Virus record (IMG/VR): IMGVR_UViG_3300023297_000003
DNA length: 64,000 bases
Reading direction: 5' to 3' (one strand)
DNA from: a virus
Lineage: Duplodnaviria > Heunggongvirae > Uroviricota > Caudoviricetes
The translations under genes were made by a program, and so were the position numbers. The stretch's first letter is position 1; every line of letters begins with the position of its first letter. The notes beneath the pieces were generated by a model. The model saw only the letters and a program-made list of their open reading frames with translations, did not search any database and had not been told where the DNA came from. Of the stretch, positions 10,801 to 19,389 are shown one piece after another.

Positions 10801-11412
10801 GTTGAGTGCCTTCAACTCTTCTTCGTCCCCATTGTCCAGGGCATCGATGATGTCCTGCATGTCACCAGTTGGGGTGAAGCGGTTGAGCTTCCGACGCCGC
10901 TTTTTGGCCTGTGCGACTTGGGACTTCCACTCTGCGTGCCCCATCATCTCCAGTACCTTGTAAAGACGGGAGTAGATTTTGTCCGCTCCAGGCCACGACG
11001 GAGTCGATGCAAGGACACGACGGAAGGCCGCACGTAACTCAAGTGTTCCCGCCATTTCGAAGTTGCTCTCATCCACGGCTAGAGGGCATTCGGGAGAACC
11101 CCTTCCCGGTCCTGTACCATCGGGTACACCTTGGATTCCTTCGACCAGTTGTTCATCCTCGAACAGGGGATAGTCAGAGGAGTTACACCCCGGCCCCGTA
11201 CCATCAGGCACACCTCTGGTTCCTCCAGCCAACCGTTCGTGAGGACATTCAGGGGAGCCTTTTCCTGGGCCTGTGCCATCAGGTATACCTCGGGTTCCTT
11301 CTACCAGTTGCTCCTCTTCGGATAGAGGACAATCCGGGGAGAATCTACCCAGTCCTGTACCATCAGACACACCCGGAACAATTCCTGCCAAACGTTGCAT
11401 CTTTTTACTCAT
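7882..11412 (-). CDS. Large modular repeat protein, probable virion internal protein
   Basis: 1176 aa; 4x GxPDGTGPG-type and 3x FExGxxADPTxNMS repeats; modules separated by K/R/Q-x-A. Confidence 0.75.
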   Translation of the reverse strand: MSKKMQRLAGIVPGVSDGTGLGRFSPDCPLSEEEQLVEGTRGIPDGTGPGKGSPECPHERLAGGTRGVPDGTGPGCNSSDYPLFEDEQLVEGIQGVPDGTGPGRGSPECPLAVDESNFEMAGTLELRAAFRRVLASTPSWPGADKIYSRLYKVLEMMGHAEWKSQVAQAKKRRRKLNRFTPTGDMQDIIDALDNGDEEELKALNLEHLRAASQKDVTRLASMQSLINVNLKDDTEITGDTNPVGESTSLLPGDAHDEREGMFEKGEPADPTKNMSEADKKKWDEERIKHKDQFKQATVFPDETSRREYLRKHPDADPQMHSVEHTVVEKTPEPEIKRKPEPKGKTSSMTRLGGPVTVIPNEEPSSELPGAGDEPTVVMDIAASGQGVKKQVTQWMYVISRDSGGGFLVTLGDPRKTTSDIKLRTTDRNDLKDWIHDNVGRKISPNHIIDLTRLRLVPDTWDDNFIASLPDNVARGLTATGETILESKWGKTITAGVRPIHEIAVDIRRDWKPVNYAAKPHLDAMFRLDDITDSFGADSARQIVAYFLTNASSWRGPKAKEIKAELNKMIKNSRRAGRWNEPEALPKFYGKEYVLDSLVRVSQMKVGHIYGVEEGRGGHLDFFKFSGFTDNDVKYGDGGVKYKSLRDLMRAKGVRNLRALEALEHKPEYGHGFYMCGDWGPGQKGCDLYIFNGRWVVGSGAQPVSFWSTDPAPTGHQAGRDSTPRYVLKVYPVTRRYSQSNSIWDSRSYGKPTRNNIARFVKKHNESLEPGEPNEQVGPHGAIYGGAILDQFNDNDIVAFWQDKRIIREYAQRGIRADEQLARFEEGESADPTENMSPEDKKKWEKYHGKVDELEGKDASDEQVARFEEGKPADPTENMSKEDKALWDKYHGKVDELDGKAASDNPLEGYPDGQIQINDWKSSSVQPDGSVRVKGADITWTRLGTCGEKYKDDKGDFKGGKGEAFDNCVAYQKECGKDIRDPNALCAWIGREHGKIKGAAAGGLYGFTKGVQSDCEGCVRKLTKQAEKVARRVYAKDERVAPFLVTHAKKADSLSAKILVAALGNIGPKIASDEPEDPPEDGKTAKRKYGLYGHLAKTARLGLSACTDVRDVAGHLVSDLHSRRSDRHTNVTAFLDRHAQEGDCVYSRLLHSSYPDPDRKSASGAPDTVDGWLAWSE
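8716..8945. repeat. Tandem ~120 bp coding duplication (ARFEEGxxADPTENMS..YHGKVDEL)
   Basis: Two near-identical units in DNA and protein. Confidence 0.8.
11080..11385. repeat. Four GxPDGTGPG..SPxCP coding repeats
   Basis: Visible in translation. Confidence 0.8.
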
Positions 11413-11424
11413 GATTTGTACCCT

Positions 11425-12015
11425 CTAGTTCATTGCTTCAATTAAGGCAGCTAGTGACGTTTCATCTAGCCCCAGTCTCATTGCCTTGTTCAGTTTCAGT
11501 GCTAGTTGAACATCAGGCCCCAGGCTCTGAGTGGACTCGGCTTTCCTAATGTATCCCTTGAGGAACTGAACGACATCTGCCACTGTTTCAGCAATTGCTT
11601 TGCGGACACGAGGCTCATCATTATGTCCGGGATCCTTCACTCGGTGGTCTACAAACCACCAGGAGTTAGTGTGTACCAGAAAGAACACCCCGTCCGGGAA
11701 GGTGAAGGTTTGCAGATGCTTCGTCCCGGACATAGTAATGGCACTGATGGAGAGAGCAGCATACTCGCCCCCATGGAAGGTGGTTTGGGCAAAACCCACC
11801 GCTACGTCTGAGATCGTGGGGGAATCCAACTCAAAGGACATTGCCAGCTCGTTTTTTCGGGTGCCCTTTTTCCCGATGCCCTTCCCCACAGCCTGGATCA
11901 CCTGAAGAGGTGTGCTTCGGTGGTCCCATCGAGCCTGTTTGAGGATCGGTACAAGGTGCCTCTGGGTCTCGGGGTGTTTCCTCGCCAGCTTCACAAGTTC
12001 TTTCCTCAGGCTCAT
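11425..12015 (-). CDS. Hypothetical protein with LRxxxVxLAxxHPE N-terminal module
   Basis: MSLRKELVKLARKHPETQRHLVPILKQA. Confidence 0.7.
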   Translation of the reverse strand: MSLRKELVKLARKHPETQRHLVPILKQARWDHRSTPLQVIQAVGKGIGKKGTRKNELAMSFELDSPTISDVAVGFAQTTFHGGEYAALSISAITMSGTKHLQTFTFPDGVFFLVHTNSWWFVDHRVKDPGHNDEPRVRKAIAETVADVVQFLKGYIRKAESTQSLGPDVQLALKLNKAMRLGLDETSLAALIEAMN

Positions 12016-13127
12016 TCCATCCTCCCAGACAAGTAGCGACGGGCCAACCGCCTTTTCATCTCGTCGTTACCTTGCTCGTGGAGCAGGTCGTTCTGTAGCT
12101 GTTGCATCACGTTGAAACCCCCGGTGAGCGGGGCGTCAACACCGTGGTCAATATCGTTCGGGTAGATGGGAACCCCATCAGGGTTGCCATCATATGTGGC
12201 AGTCCTTTCAGCCTCTTCCTCCAGGCGTCGTCCCAGGGTGTCCCCGGTGCCGTAGTCTGAACGGAGGCTTAGAGGCTGTGACAGAGCAGCGTCCCGCTCC
12301 CAGGGCTTGGGGTGTTTCTGCCGCCGCTGACGGCCCTTGGCCTCATCATAGGGCCTGTTCTGGTGCCGCCCACCGCTCGGACCCTTCTCAATCAGCCCCC
12401 GTGTGACCGGGTTCCTGATCTTGTTCCCAGGGCCTCTGACCTTGTTGTCCTTCCGTTTCCGGGGATTGACAGGCTGTGGGCGTTTGGCCTCTACCCCGAA
12501 GTCTGCAACTTCATCCAGCATTGTCATGTGTTCGGTCTGGCCCCGGATGGGCTGACTCAGTCCTGCACCTGTCAGAATCCTGCGGGAGGCGACCATCTGG
12601 CGTCCGTCCTGGGAAATCTCCCGCTCGACGGCCATCGCAGGGCGACGAATAAGATAACCTTGTGACGCTTTTTCCCACCATTTCTCATAAAAATCGTCGT
12701 GGCTTAACACTCGTATTAGCCTATCAGGGTTTTTGATGTTGGGATCTGCAATGGAAACATCTGTGTCAGTCACACTAAAGATCAGACTGGCATGGGACCA
12801 CTCGGCCCCTGTATTCCATCCGATCAGTACTGGTATTCCTTGGTCCGTCCACTGACGTACCATATTTAATGTGGCAGGAATCACTAGTGTGACCCTACAA
12901 CCAAAATGGGATGCTGCACCTGCTACCTGATCCCATGACCCGCCTTGCAAGGGTACTGCCCCCAAAACTTTGTTGACATGTTTTACGGAACATTCAAAAG
13001 CGGGGATTCCCAAAGATTGCATTGCCATTGACAAAGACGTTGCTGTACACGAGTACTGATTGGGTTGTCGTTGGGGTGTAATCTTAACATGGGTTGTTTT
13101 CGCAATCATTAGGGGGTCTCCTGACAC
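12012..13127 (-). CDS. C39-family cysteine peptidase domain protein
   Basis: QPNQYSC (Cys), WSHAS (His), IADPN (Asp). Confidence 0.75.
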   Translation of the reverse strand: MSGDPLMIAKTTHVKITPQRQPNQYSCTATSLSMAMQSLGIPAFECSVKHVNKVLGAVPLQGGSWDQVAGAASHFGCRVTLVIPATLNMVRQWTDQGIPVLIGWNTGAEWSHASLIFSVTDTDVSIADPNIKNPDRLIRVLSHDDFYEKWWEKASQGYLIRRPAMAVEREISQDGRQMVASRRILTGAGLSQPIRGQTEHMTMLDEVADFGVEAKRPQPVNPRKRKDNKVRGPGNKIRNPVTRGLIEKGPSGGRHQNRPYDEAKGRQRRQKHPKPWERDAALSQPLSLRSDYGTGDTLGRRLEEEAERTATYDGNPDGVPIYPNDIDHGVDAPLTGGFNVMQQLQNDLLHEQGNDEMKRRLARRYLSGRME

Positions 13128-14377
13128 ACCACAAAGGGAATCTGGTTTTGAGATTCAGGACCAACGGTTAACAACCCATACTCTGACAACACCCCTAGTG
13201 TTCGTTTCTTAGCCCTTGTGGGTAGGAGGTGCACAGCCCCCTTGATCACAGTCGGGCGATGAGAGAAATCCACGCATCCGGCACCACCACTTTCTACAAG
13301 TGCCCTGTAAATGCGTAAAAGGGGGGGCCGTAATTTATGTAACCGTTCGGACAGTGGGAGCTTTTTGTGCTGTGTAGTGAGCCACTCTTTGTAGTGTTTA
13401 TTACACAAGGCCCGAATCGCAAACCTGTCCTGTTTCCCACAAACAAGACAAACATGAGCGTCTGTAAACTGTGGTTCTGTTTCCGTTTGGTACTTAGTCA
13501 GTTCTTCAGGCCAGATCACACGGAAGGTGTATCCCCGACTTCTCAAAAATGCTGCTTTCTTCTCCAACTTTTTTTTGTAGACTGTCCCTAGTGTTTTATG
13601 GGCCGCAAACCCAGCGTACTCAACTACCACGTTATTGGGGAATAGCCAATCCACACGGTATGGACCAATAGTCACCTGTGCTTGATGTTCCTGTCCTATA
13701 TGATGCCAGTAGAGGTCAATAACAGCCTCTGGGTAATTTACGTTTTCCCCCTCAGTGGTCAAGCAAATCAGGTCTCTTCGAGGAATCCCTAATTTTAACC
13801 TAGCAGCACGGACTATACAGGTAGTTGTACCAAGGGTGCGGGCAAGAGAAACATCACTTACTTTCCCAAGCGGTTGCTTTTCCCAACAAACATTAAGAGA
13901 GGGTTTGGGTGTTGGGTTTGGGAGTTTGCGTTGATTACGTGCCGCTTGGACAACCCGAAGGGTCACCCCCAAAGATTCAGCTATATCCTTGTCGGGGAGT
14001 ATTCCTATTTGTTCGGCATACCAATCTCGTTCAAAGGTAGTTCTATAGGCTGCTATTCCTCGTTTTTTACGTTCCGAACTCACAATGTTGTAGGAAACAC
14101 CCAGGGTGGCCCCTAGTTCTTTATCCGAAAGCATCCCTAATGGTTGCTTGTCCCAATTAATCTGATCTCGTTGATGGGTTCGACTGAAATGGGGTGTCCC
14201 CACCTGCCAACGCCTTTTTTGAATCTTCCAAGTAGAACACCCCAATTTCTTTGCCAACTGCACATCGGACATTTCCCCTAACGGTACATTGTCCCAATTG
14301 ACTCCGAGTTGCCCAGAAGCAGTGGAACAAGTGTGCGTCTTTCTCGGATGCACATCAGCGGCTGCCGTTCGGTTCAT
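13109..14377 (-). CDS. Free-standing PD-(D/E)xK homing-type endonuclease with WxxxPLGxxSD HTH repeats
   Basis: 4 repeats; IGPYRVDWL..VVVEYAG..YKKK; AT-richer than flanks. Confidence 0.7.
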   Translation of the reverse strand: MNRTAAADVHPRKTHTCSTASGQLGVNWDNVPLGEMSDVQLAKKLGCSTWKIQKRRWQVGTPHFSRTHQRDQINWDKQPLGMLSDKELGATLGVSYNIVSSERKKRGIAAYRTTFERDWYAEQIGILPDKDIAESLGVTLRVVQAARNQRKLPNPTPKPSLNVCWEKQPLGKVSDVSLARTLGTTTCIVRAARLKLGIPRRDLICLTTEGENVNYPEAVIDLYWHHIGQEHQAQVTIGPYRVDWLFPNNVVVEYAGFAAHKTLGTVYKKKLEKKAAFLRSRGYTFRVIWPEELTKYQTETEPQFTDAHVCLVCGKQDRFAIRALCNKHYKEWLTTQHKKLPLSERLHKLRPPLLRIYRALVESGGAGCVDFSHRPTVIKGAVHLLPTRAKKRTLGVLSEYGLLTVGPESQNQIPFVVCQETP

Positions 14378-14378
14378 C

Positions 14379-15242
14379 CTACTTCTCCCTCCAGGCGTCG
14401 TTGACCAGGCGGGAAACACCCATCTTTTTCAGTTTGGAAGCGGTCTCGTCTAGCCCAGCCTTCTCCAGGGCCTTGAACAGTGCCCCCAGAACCTCTGGAG
14501 CGTTGAACTTGTTGAAGGACTGGAGGTAGCGTGAGGCCACCCTGTGAGTTGCCTGATCCGATCCGACTCGGTTCCGATACTTGAAGAGAGAGTGTTTGAT
14601 GAACTCCTCGGCCATCCTGATTACGGATCCGTCTGCTCTAGGCTCAACGGACCGGAACGTGTCTCGGACCAACTCTCGCCCATGGGGTTTGAGGTTCAGA
14701 GGGTCAGGGCTTGTCGACACGATGATCTGCCATTCCTTTGCAATACCCCGCCCCCCGAAATCGTTTTTTGCGTCCATTTTGTCGAACCAGACGTGGACAT
14801 AAACGCCGCCGCTGCTGAAAGTAGCGTGACCCCTGTCCTTGATCTGGCGTATCGAAATCCCAGCACCCGTGTGACTTGTCATGGCTTTCTTCCCTCTCCA
14901 CGAAGTGGTGCCCTCTATTGTATCTGCAAGTGAGGCACAGAAGGCTCCGGGGTCGTCAAACTTCCCCTTCATTTCCTTCATGCACTTGGTGACCTTGTGC
15001 TTGGCTTGACCTGTCAGTGAGGCCCAGAACTTCTTGACTGACTCCTGGGTCCAACCCTTGGGGAGCTTGTCCCACCCAATAGCTTCCTTGGCGATCCCAG
15101 CTATGACAGCGTTGACATCGGGATCGACAGCAGCAAGGTACTGAAGGGCACTCCCCCCACACCCACTGAAGATTGCTTGTTCGGCCAATTTGACGCCATA
15201 GTCCATCGGGATCCCTCCTGAGGTGAATCCTGACAAAGGCAT
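14379..15242 (-). CDS. Hypothetical modular protein
   Basis: DDPGAFCA and HRVASRYL modules shared with neighbours. Confidence 0.7.
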   Translation of the reverse strand: MPLSGFTSGGIPMDYGVKLAEQAIFSGCGGSALQYLAAVDPDVNAVIAGIAKEAIGWDKLPKGWTQESVKKFWASLTGQAKHKVTKCMKEMKGKFDDPGAFCASLADTIEGTTSWRGKKAMTSHTGAGISIRQIKDRGHATFSSGGVYVHVWFDKMDAKNDFGGRGIAKEWQIIVSTSPDPLNLKPHGRELVRDTFRSVEPRADGSVIRMAEEFIKHSLFKYRNRVGSDQATHRVASRYLQSFNKFNAPEVLGALFKALEKAGLDETASKLKKMGVSRLVNDAWREK

Positions 15243-15277
15243 CTAATAGGGACTTCACCGAGAGGACAGAGGCGGGT

Positions 15278-15520
15278 CTAGTTCTCGATCCACTCGCAAG
15301 CATCGGTCTGAGCAACGACCGGGGAGGCCATGCCCACATCGATCCCCAGGTCTACACCCTCCACCAGACCCTCACCGAAGCCCGTCTGGAGGCCCATGTG
15401 CCATGCCTCCGTGACGGATTCGGTCTCAGGTGCCGGTTGCTCACGGAGTCCTCGGAACCGTTGCCAGATCTTTGGACGTCGTAGAGCTAGGATCTTGTCG
15501 AACAGACTCATGAAATGCAA
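15278..15520 (-). CDS. Hypothetical protein
   Basis: ORF in co-oriented run. Confidence 0.5.
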   Translation of the reverse strand: MHFMSLFDKILALRRPKIWQRFRGLREQPAPETESVTEAWHMGLQTGFGEGLVEGVDLGIDVGMASPVVAQTDACEWIEN

Positions 15521-15554
15521 TCCCCCTCTCTCATCTACTCAGTCTATGGTTAGA

Positions 15555-16070
15555 TTAGTGTGTATGGAGCATCATTTTTAGGATTTCCCTGACAGAGTCT
15601 TGGGAAATCTTCGGGATCACATCAGCCAAGTTCTTCTCGACTTTCATTGCTAGATTCACGATAGCGGCATCAACTGCCTCAGGGTGTCTACAGGCCCGAA
15701 GGAACTCTTTGTCCTGGGTCATTGCAAGCAAGGCACAAACGTAAGCCTCTCGTCGTACCGCCTCGGTCAATAAGGCGTGGGCAATGTGTCTGACCCCACC
15801 GCCATCCCACTTCTGGGAAATTGCAGCATCCTCGGGTGTTTGGAAATCGTGCAGGGACTTGACGTGGCCGTGCTCGTCTACGGTGATCTGGACAATCAGG
15901 TGTGCTGTATTGGCATCCCGCAGGGGCAAACCTTCGGACGAGCTGCTTCCCGCATCATCCATTTGCCCAGCCTCCAGATCAGGTACCCTGGAATTGCTCC
16001 CAGGAACATTGCACCCACAACAGCCAGGACAAGGATCAGGATAGTCGCAGTCATTGTCATTTTTCATCAC
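15555..16070 (-). CDS. Hypothetical protein
   Basis: ORF downstream of phage promoter. Confidence 0.6.
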   Translation of the reverse strand: MMKNDNDCDYPDPCPGCCGCNVPGSNSRVPDLEAGQMDDAGSSSSEGLPLRDANTAHLIVQITVDEHGHVKSLHDFQTPEDAAISQKWDGGGVRHIAHALLTEAVRREAYVCALLAMTQDKEFLRACRHPEAVDAAIVNLAMKVEKNLADVIPKISQDSVREILKMMLHTH

Positions 16071-16080
16071 CTCACCCTCT

Positions 16081-16107
16081 CTACTCTGGACCCCCTTGAG
16101 ATGATCC
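16081..16107 (-). promoter_or_regulatory. Phage promoter GATCAT-N14-GAGTAG
   Basis: Exact motif upstream of ORF. Confidence 0.7.
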
Positions 16108-16126
16108 CAGGAGGCGTCCGTTTATC

Positions 16127-17701
16127 CTACCGTGTGATGGCTACCTCAACCGTCAGGATGGTGGTGGCTACGGAAACAGCCACCCGCAAAGCGGCCCTCA
16201 CAACCTTGGTGGGGTCCATCACAAGCGGCTCCTCAGCCAGGTTACGTATCTGCCCCTGGGAGGCGTCCCATCCGATCCAGGGGTTCCCTGAGTCAGCCCA
16301 CTCTCTCGTCATTGCCTCGATGACAGCCCCCGACTTCTCCCCGGCGTTTTCAGCCAGGATCTGAAGGGGTCGTGCCGCAGCCTGGCCCAGGATCTCCCAA
16401 CCCATCCGATGGGGGTAGCCCTTCTGGGGCCACTGCACCCGGTGTGCGGCGTGGAGCAGAGCAGCACCCCCACCGGGCACAACCCCTCCCTGCAAGGCGG
16501 CTCGCACCGAAGCCAGGGCGTCCTCCACTCGGGCACGGCGCTCCTTCATTGCTATCTCCGTGACACCCCCGATCTTCAGGACAGCCAGGCCACCGGACAG
16601 TGCTGCCATCCGCTCCCGGATCTTGTCCTGGTCAAATGCTGAGGGAGATCGTTCCACCTGAAGCCGCAGGGTGTCAAGGTACTCCTGGAGGCCCTCTTGC
16701 TTGTCTTCGTAGGCTGTGATAACGATGGATTTGTTCCTGATACGGACATGATGGAAAGCTCCGAACCAGTCAGCATTCCATTCCTGTGGGCTCATCCCTA
16801 GTTCTCTGGTGACGAGGGTAGCTCCAGCCAGGGCTGCAATGTCCTGGAGGTGTTCTCTCTTCCAGTGTCCGAAACCAGGACATTGGAGGGGGACGTTCTT
16901 CACGGTGCCCTTTGAGTCATTCACGGACAGGATCGCCAAAGCGTCATGACTGACCCCCAGCGAGAAAATCAGGAGTTCCCGAGGTTGCCACTGGGAGGCA
17001 CATTCCAACAGATCCTGGATGTCTCTCACCGACCTGAGTTCCTGGTTGATAACCGCAACGAGAGGACCAGTCATCGTCCGTTCCCTCTCGTTCCGTAGGA
17101 AGACATTGCTGACGGCCCCCCTGTTCAACTCCATCCCTTCCTGGTACTCAAAACGGACGTCGGTACTTTGACCGTCCTCAATGACAATGGTGCCGTCCCG
17201 TCCCACGGCCATCGTCGCTTCGGACAGAGCCTCAGCGACCTCGGTGTCCCCGTTGGACGCCAGCATCGCTACCCGTGTGATTTGCTCAGGGGTGCTGATG
17301 GGTGTGGACATGTCCTGGAGTGCCTTGTCCAAGGCATCCGCAGCGTCTTTGATCCCCAGGCAAAGCTGACCAGGATCGATCCCAGCAGCAACCATCTGTT
17401 GACCACGTTTCAAAATCTCGGCGGCCAGGAGGGCAGTCGTGGTTGTCCCGTCCCCGACTTCCTCGTTCACCTTCACACAAGCAGACCTCAGGAGGGCTGC
17501 GCCCTGGTTCTCTACTGCATTGTCCAGCACGACCTCGTGGGCCACGGTGACGCCGTCCCGTGTGGACAGGACACCAGCCCAGCGGGACAGGAGACAGTTT
17601 CTACCATGGGGGCCGTAAGTCACCCCCACAGCCTCTGCCAACCTGAACGCACCCCAGAGCAATTGCTTCCGCACCTTTTGGCCATGTAAAATGTAGGACA
17701 T
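16127..17701 (-). CDS. groEL: GroEL-like chaperonin
   Basis: TYGPHGRN, TRDGVTVA, VGDGTTT, ERMAALSGG, GVVPGGG, DPTKV. Confidence 0.95.
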   Translation of the reverse strand: MSYILHGQKVRKQLLWGAFRLAEAVGVTYGPHGRNCLLSRWAGVLSTRDGVTVAHEVVLDNAVENQGAALLRSACVKVNEEVGDGTTTTALLAAEILKRGQQMVAAGIDPGQLCLGIKDAADALDKALQDMSTPISTPEQITRVAMLASNGDTEVAEALSEATMAVGRDGTIVIEDGQSTDVRFEYQEGMELNRGAVSNVFLRNERERTMTGPLVAVINQELRSVRDIQDLLECASQWQPRELLIFSLGVSHDALAILSVNDSKGTVKNVPLQCPGFGHWKREHLQDIAALAGATLVTRELGMSPQEWNADWFGAFHHVRIRNKSIVITAYEDKQEGLQEYLDTLRLQVERSPSAFDQDKIRERMAALSGGLAVLKIGGVTEIAMKERRARVEDALASVRAALQGGVVPGGGAALLHAAHRVQWPQKGYPHRMGWEILGQAAARPLQILAENAGEKSGAVIEAMTREWADSGNPWIGWDASQGQIRNLAEEPLVMDPTKVVRAALRVAVSVATTILTVEVAITR

Positions 17702-17740
17702 TCCCCCCTCCTCACTACTACACTACCCCCAAAGGGGTCG

Positions 17741-17929
17741 TCAGTGTAGTAGAGGCTCCAGAACCTCTTTGTACCGAGGAAGGGACACCAGGAAGCGTTC
17801 TATTCTCCCACGGAGGACCCGGTCGTTGGGTGCCCGGCAACAATGCCCAAGTAGACCACGACGGTACCTCCCCAGATCCGGGTTGTCCCGAATCACCTGA
17901 GCCAGTCGAGGATAAAGGGTCAGCGCCAT
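17741..17929 (-). CDS. Hypothetical protein
   Basis: GGAGG RBS. Confidence 0.5.
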   Translation of the reverse strand: MALTLYPRLAQVIRDNPDLGRYRRGLLGHCCRAPNDRVLRGRIERFLVSLPRYKEVLEPLLH

Positions 17930-17974
17930 CTGGGGCCTCCTATTAAAGGAAGGGGATAGCGAGGAAAACGAATG

Positions 17975-18001
17975 GGATCATCGTCGGGGCATCCAGAGTA
18001 G
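17975..18001 (+). promoter_or_regulatory. Phage promoter GATCAT-N14-GAGTAG
   Basis: Exact motif. Confidence 0.7.
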
Positions 18002-18033
18002 TTACTGTTGAAGGGACGGGATGAAAAAAACCC

Positions 18034-18062
18034 TTGACATAGGGTTCCCACCCCGGTATCTT
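18034..18062 (+). promoter_or_regulatory. Sigma70-type promoter
   Basis: TTGACA-N17-TATCTT with upstream A-tract. Confidence 0.7.
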
Positions 18063-18070
18063 CTTTCAGA

Positions 18071-18395
18071 GAAGGAAGGTTTCCTTTTCGAGAGGTTGCG
18101 AATGAGTTTGGGTTTCAGCGGTGTGTTGAGTGTGATTGGGTCCGTAAGAGTAACAGGAAAGGTAAGACGTTCAAGTGTGGCAAATGTGGCTTCACCATAG
18201 ATGCTGTTTTGAATGTGGCTTCTAACTTGAAACTCGGTCTCTTTGAGATCCCATGGTGGGTGCGGCTAAGTTAAACAAACCGTAAAGGGTTCTTTTGGAC
18301 TTCTGATGGTTTGTTTAACGAAGGGCGGGAGCCTATAGTCCCCGCTACCATAAAAGACAATGAAAGCAAGAAATTGCTACAACATTGTTGACTAT
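18071..18395 (+). pseudogene. tnpB: TnpB 3' remnant (Zn ribbon, RuvC-III and omegaRNA region)
   Basis: FREVANEFGFQRCVECDWVRKSNRKGKTFKCGKCGFTIDAVLNVASNL; internal TAA; ends TGACTATC like the 21.6 kb element end TGACTAAC. Confidence 0.8.
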
Positions 18396-18456
18396 CTATG
18401 GCGTAACAGGGCAACCCCACCTGTGAGGATGCCCTGAGGATTGGAAGGAGACGATA

Positions 18457-18552
18457 ATGACCTGCTTGTTTACCACCTTAGAAGCCCGGACAGAGACGAC
18501 CAGTTGGTCGCTCTATCTGTCCGAGCGGACGCTGGGGGTGGCGGGCGAGTAG
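18457..18552 (+). CDS. Leader peptide of tRNA operon attenuator (31 aa)
   Basis: GAAGGAG RBS; MTCLFTTLEARTETTSWSLYLSERTLGVAGE*; directly before the terminator. Confidence 0.75.
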   Translation: MTCLFTTLEARTETTSWSLYLSERTLGVAGE

Positions 18553-18575
18553 CTCACCATAACGGGATCGAACCC

Positions 18576-18615
18576 GAAACCCCCCGGCGCTCAGGCTCCG
18601 GGGGGTTTCTTCGTT
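18576..18615 (+). terminator. Attenuator terminator with alternative antiterminator pairing
   Basis: GAAACCCCCCGG..CCGGGGGGTTTC then TTCGTT; GGGGGTGGCGGG (18535-18545) can pair with CCCGAAACCCCC. Confidence 0.8.
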
Positions 18616-18673
18616 CTGGAATGTTTGACAACGGGTTTAAGTGACCTGTAATGAGGACTATGAAGGTTAAATT

Positions 18674-18844
18674 TTCAGTTTTGGCGGTTAGTTCGACCGT
18701 GACAGCCTGTTGCCTTGGAAGCTCTGGCTCTGGTCATAAGATCGGAGTGAAACTACCGATTGGGCAGGAACTTAACTCTAATCAAGGGATGACCCTGATT
18801 AGGTCAGTTTAAGAGAACGGCTTCTCAGTGCCCGTAAAACTGAG
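18674..18844 (+). ncRNA. Candidate structured RNA
   Basis: Closing stem TCAGTTTTGGCGG/CCCGTAAAACTGA, internal hairpins, no ORF. Confidence 0.4.
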
Positions 18845-18902
18845 GCGGTCTTTGACAACTGGATGCCACGAGGGTGCTGGACGGCCACTCCAGCACCCTT
18901 AT

Positions 18903-18986
18903 GTCGGAATGGTGGAACTGGTAGACACGCTAGACTCAGGTTCTAGTGCCTTAAATGGTGTGAGGGTTCGACTCCCTCTTCCGGCA
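18903..18986 (+). tRNA. tRNA-Leu(CAG)
   Basis: Cloverleaf, long variable arm. Confidence 0.95.
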
Positions 18987-18990
18987 CCGA

Positions 18991-19190
18991 GGACGGCTTG
19001 AGAGGTGGAAAACCTGTTTGAGCTTCACCCATTTGTACGATGGGCGTCGGGGTATAAACTTGAGGAGACGCTGCTGAATTCAAAACAGGTCAGCGGCAAG
19101 GGGCCTTGATAAAACTCGACCTGCGTGGGTAACCAGTCCCACCCGTCCTGGCGGAGAGGAGACCGGGTGGGACTCCCGGCCTTCTCTCTA
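18991..19190 (+). ncRNA. Candidate structured RNA between tRNAs
   Basis: GGACGG/CCGTCC closure, T-arm-like CCGGG-TGGGACT-CCCGG. Confidence 0.35.
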
Positions 19191-19194
19191 GTAT

Positions 19195-19281
19195 GGTGGG
19201 GTGTGCCGAGCGGCGAAGGCAGCGGTCTGTAAAACCGTGACGTAAGAAACATCGTAGGTTCGACTCCTACCCCCACCACCA
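19195..19281 (+). tRNA. tRNA-Tyr(GTA)
   Basis: Cloverleaf with CCA. Confidence 0.95.
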
Positions 19282-19291
19282 TAAAGAGTAC

Positions 19292-19378
19292 GGAGGGGTG
19301 GGCGAGTGGTTGATGCCGACGCCCTGCTAAGGCGTTGTAGGGGAAACTCTACCGGGGGTTCGAATCCCCCCTCCTCCG
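19292..19378 (+). tRNA. tRNA-Ser(GCT)
   Basis: Cloverleaf, long variable arm. Confidence 0.95.
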
Positions 19379-19389
19379 CTTTGTCCTGG

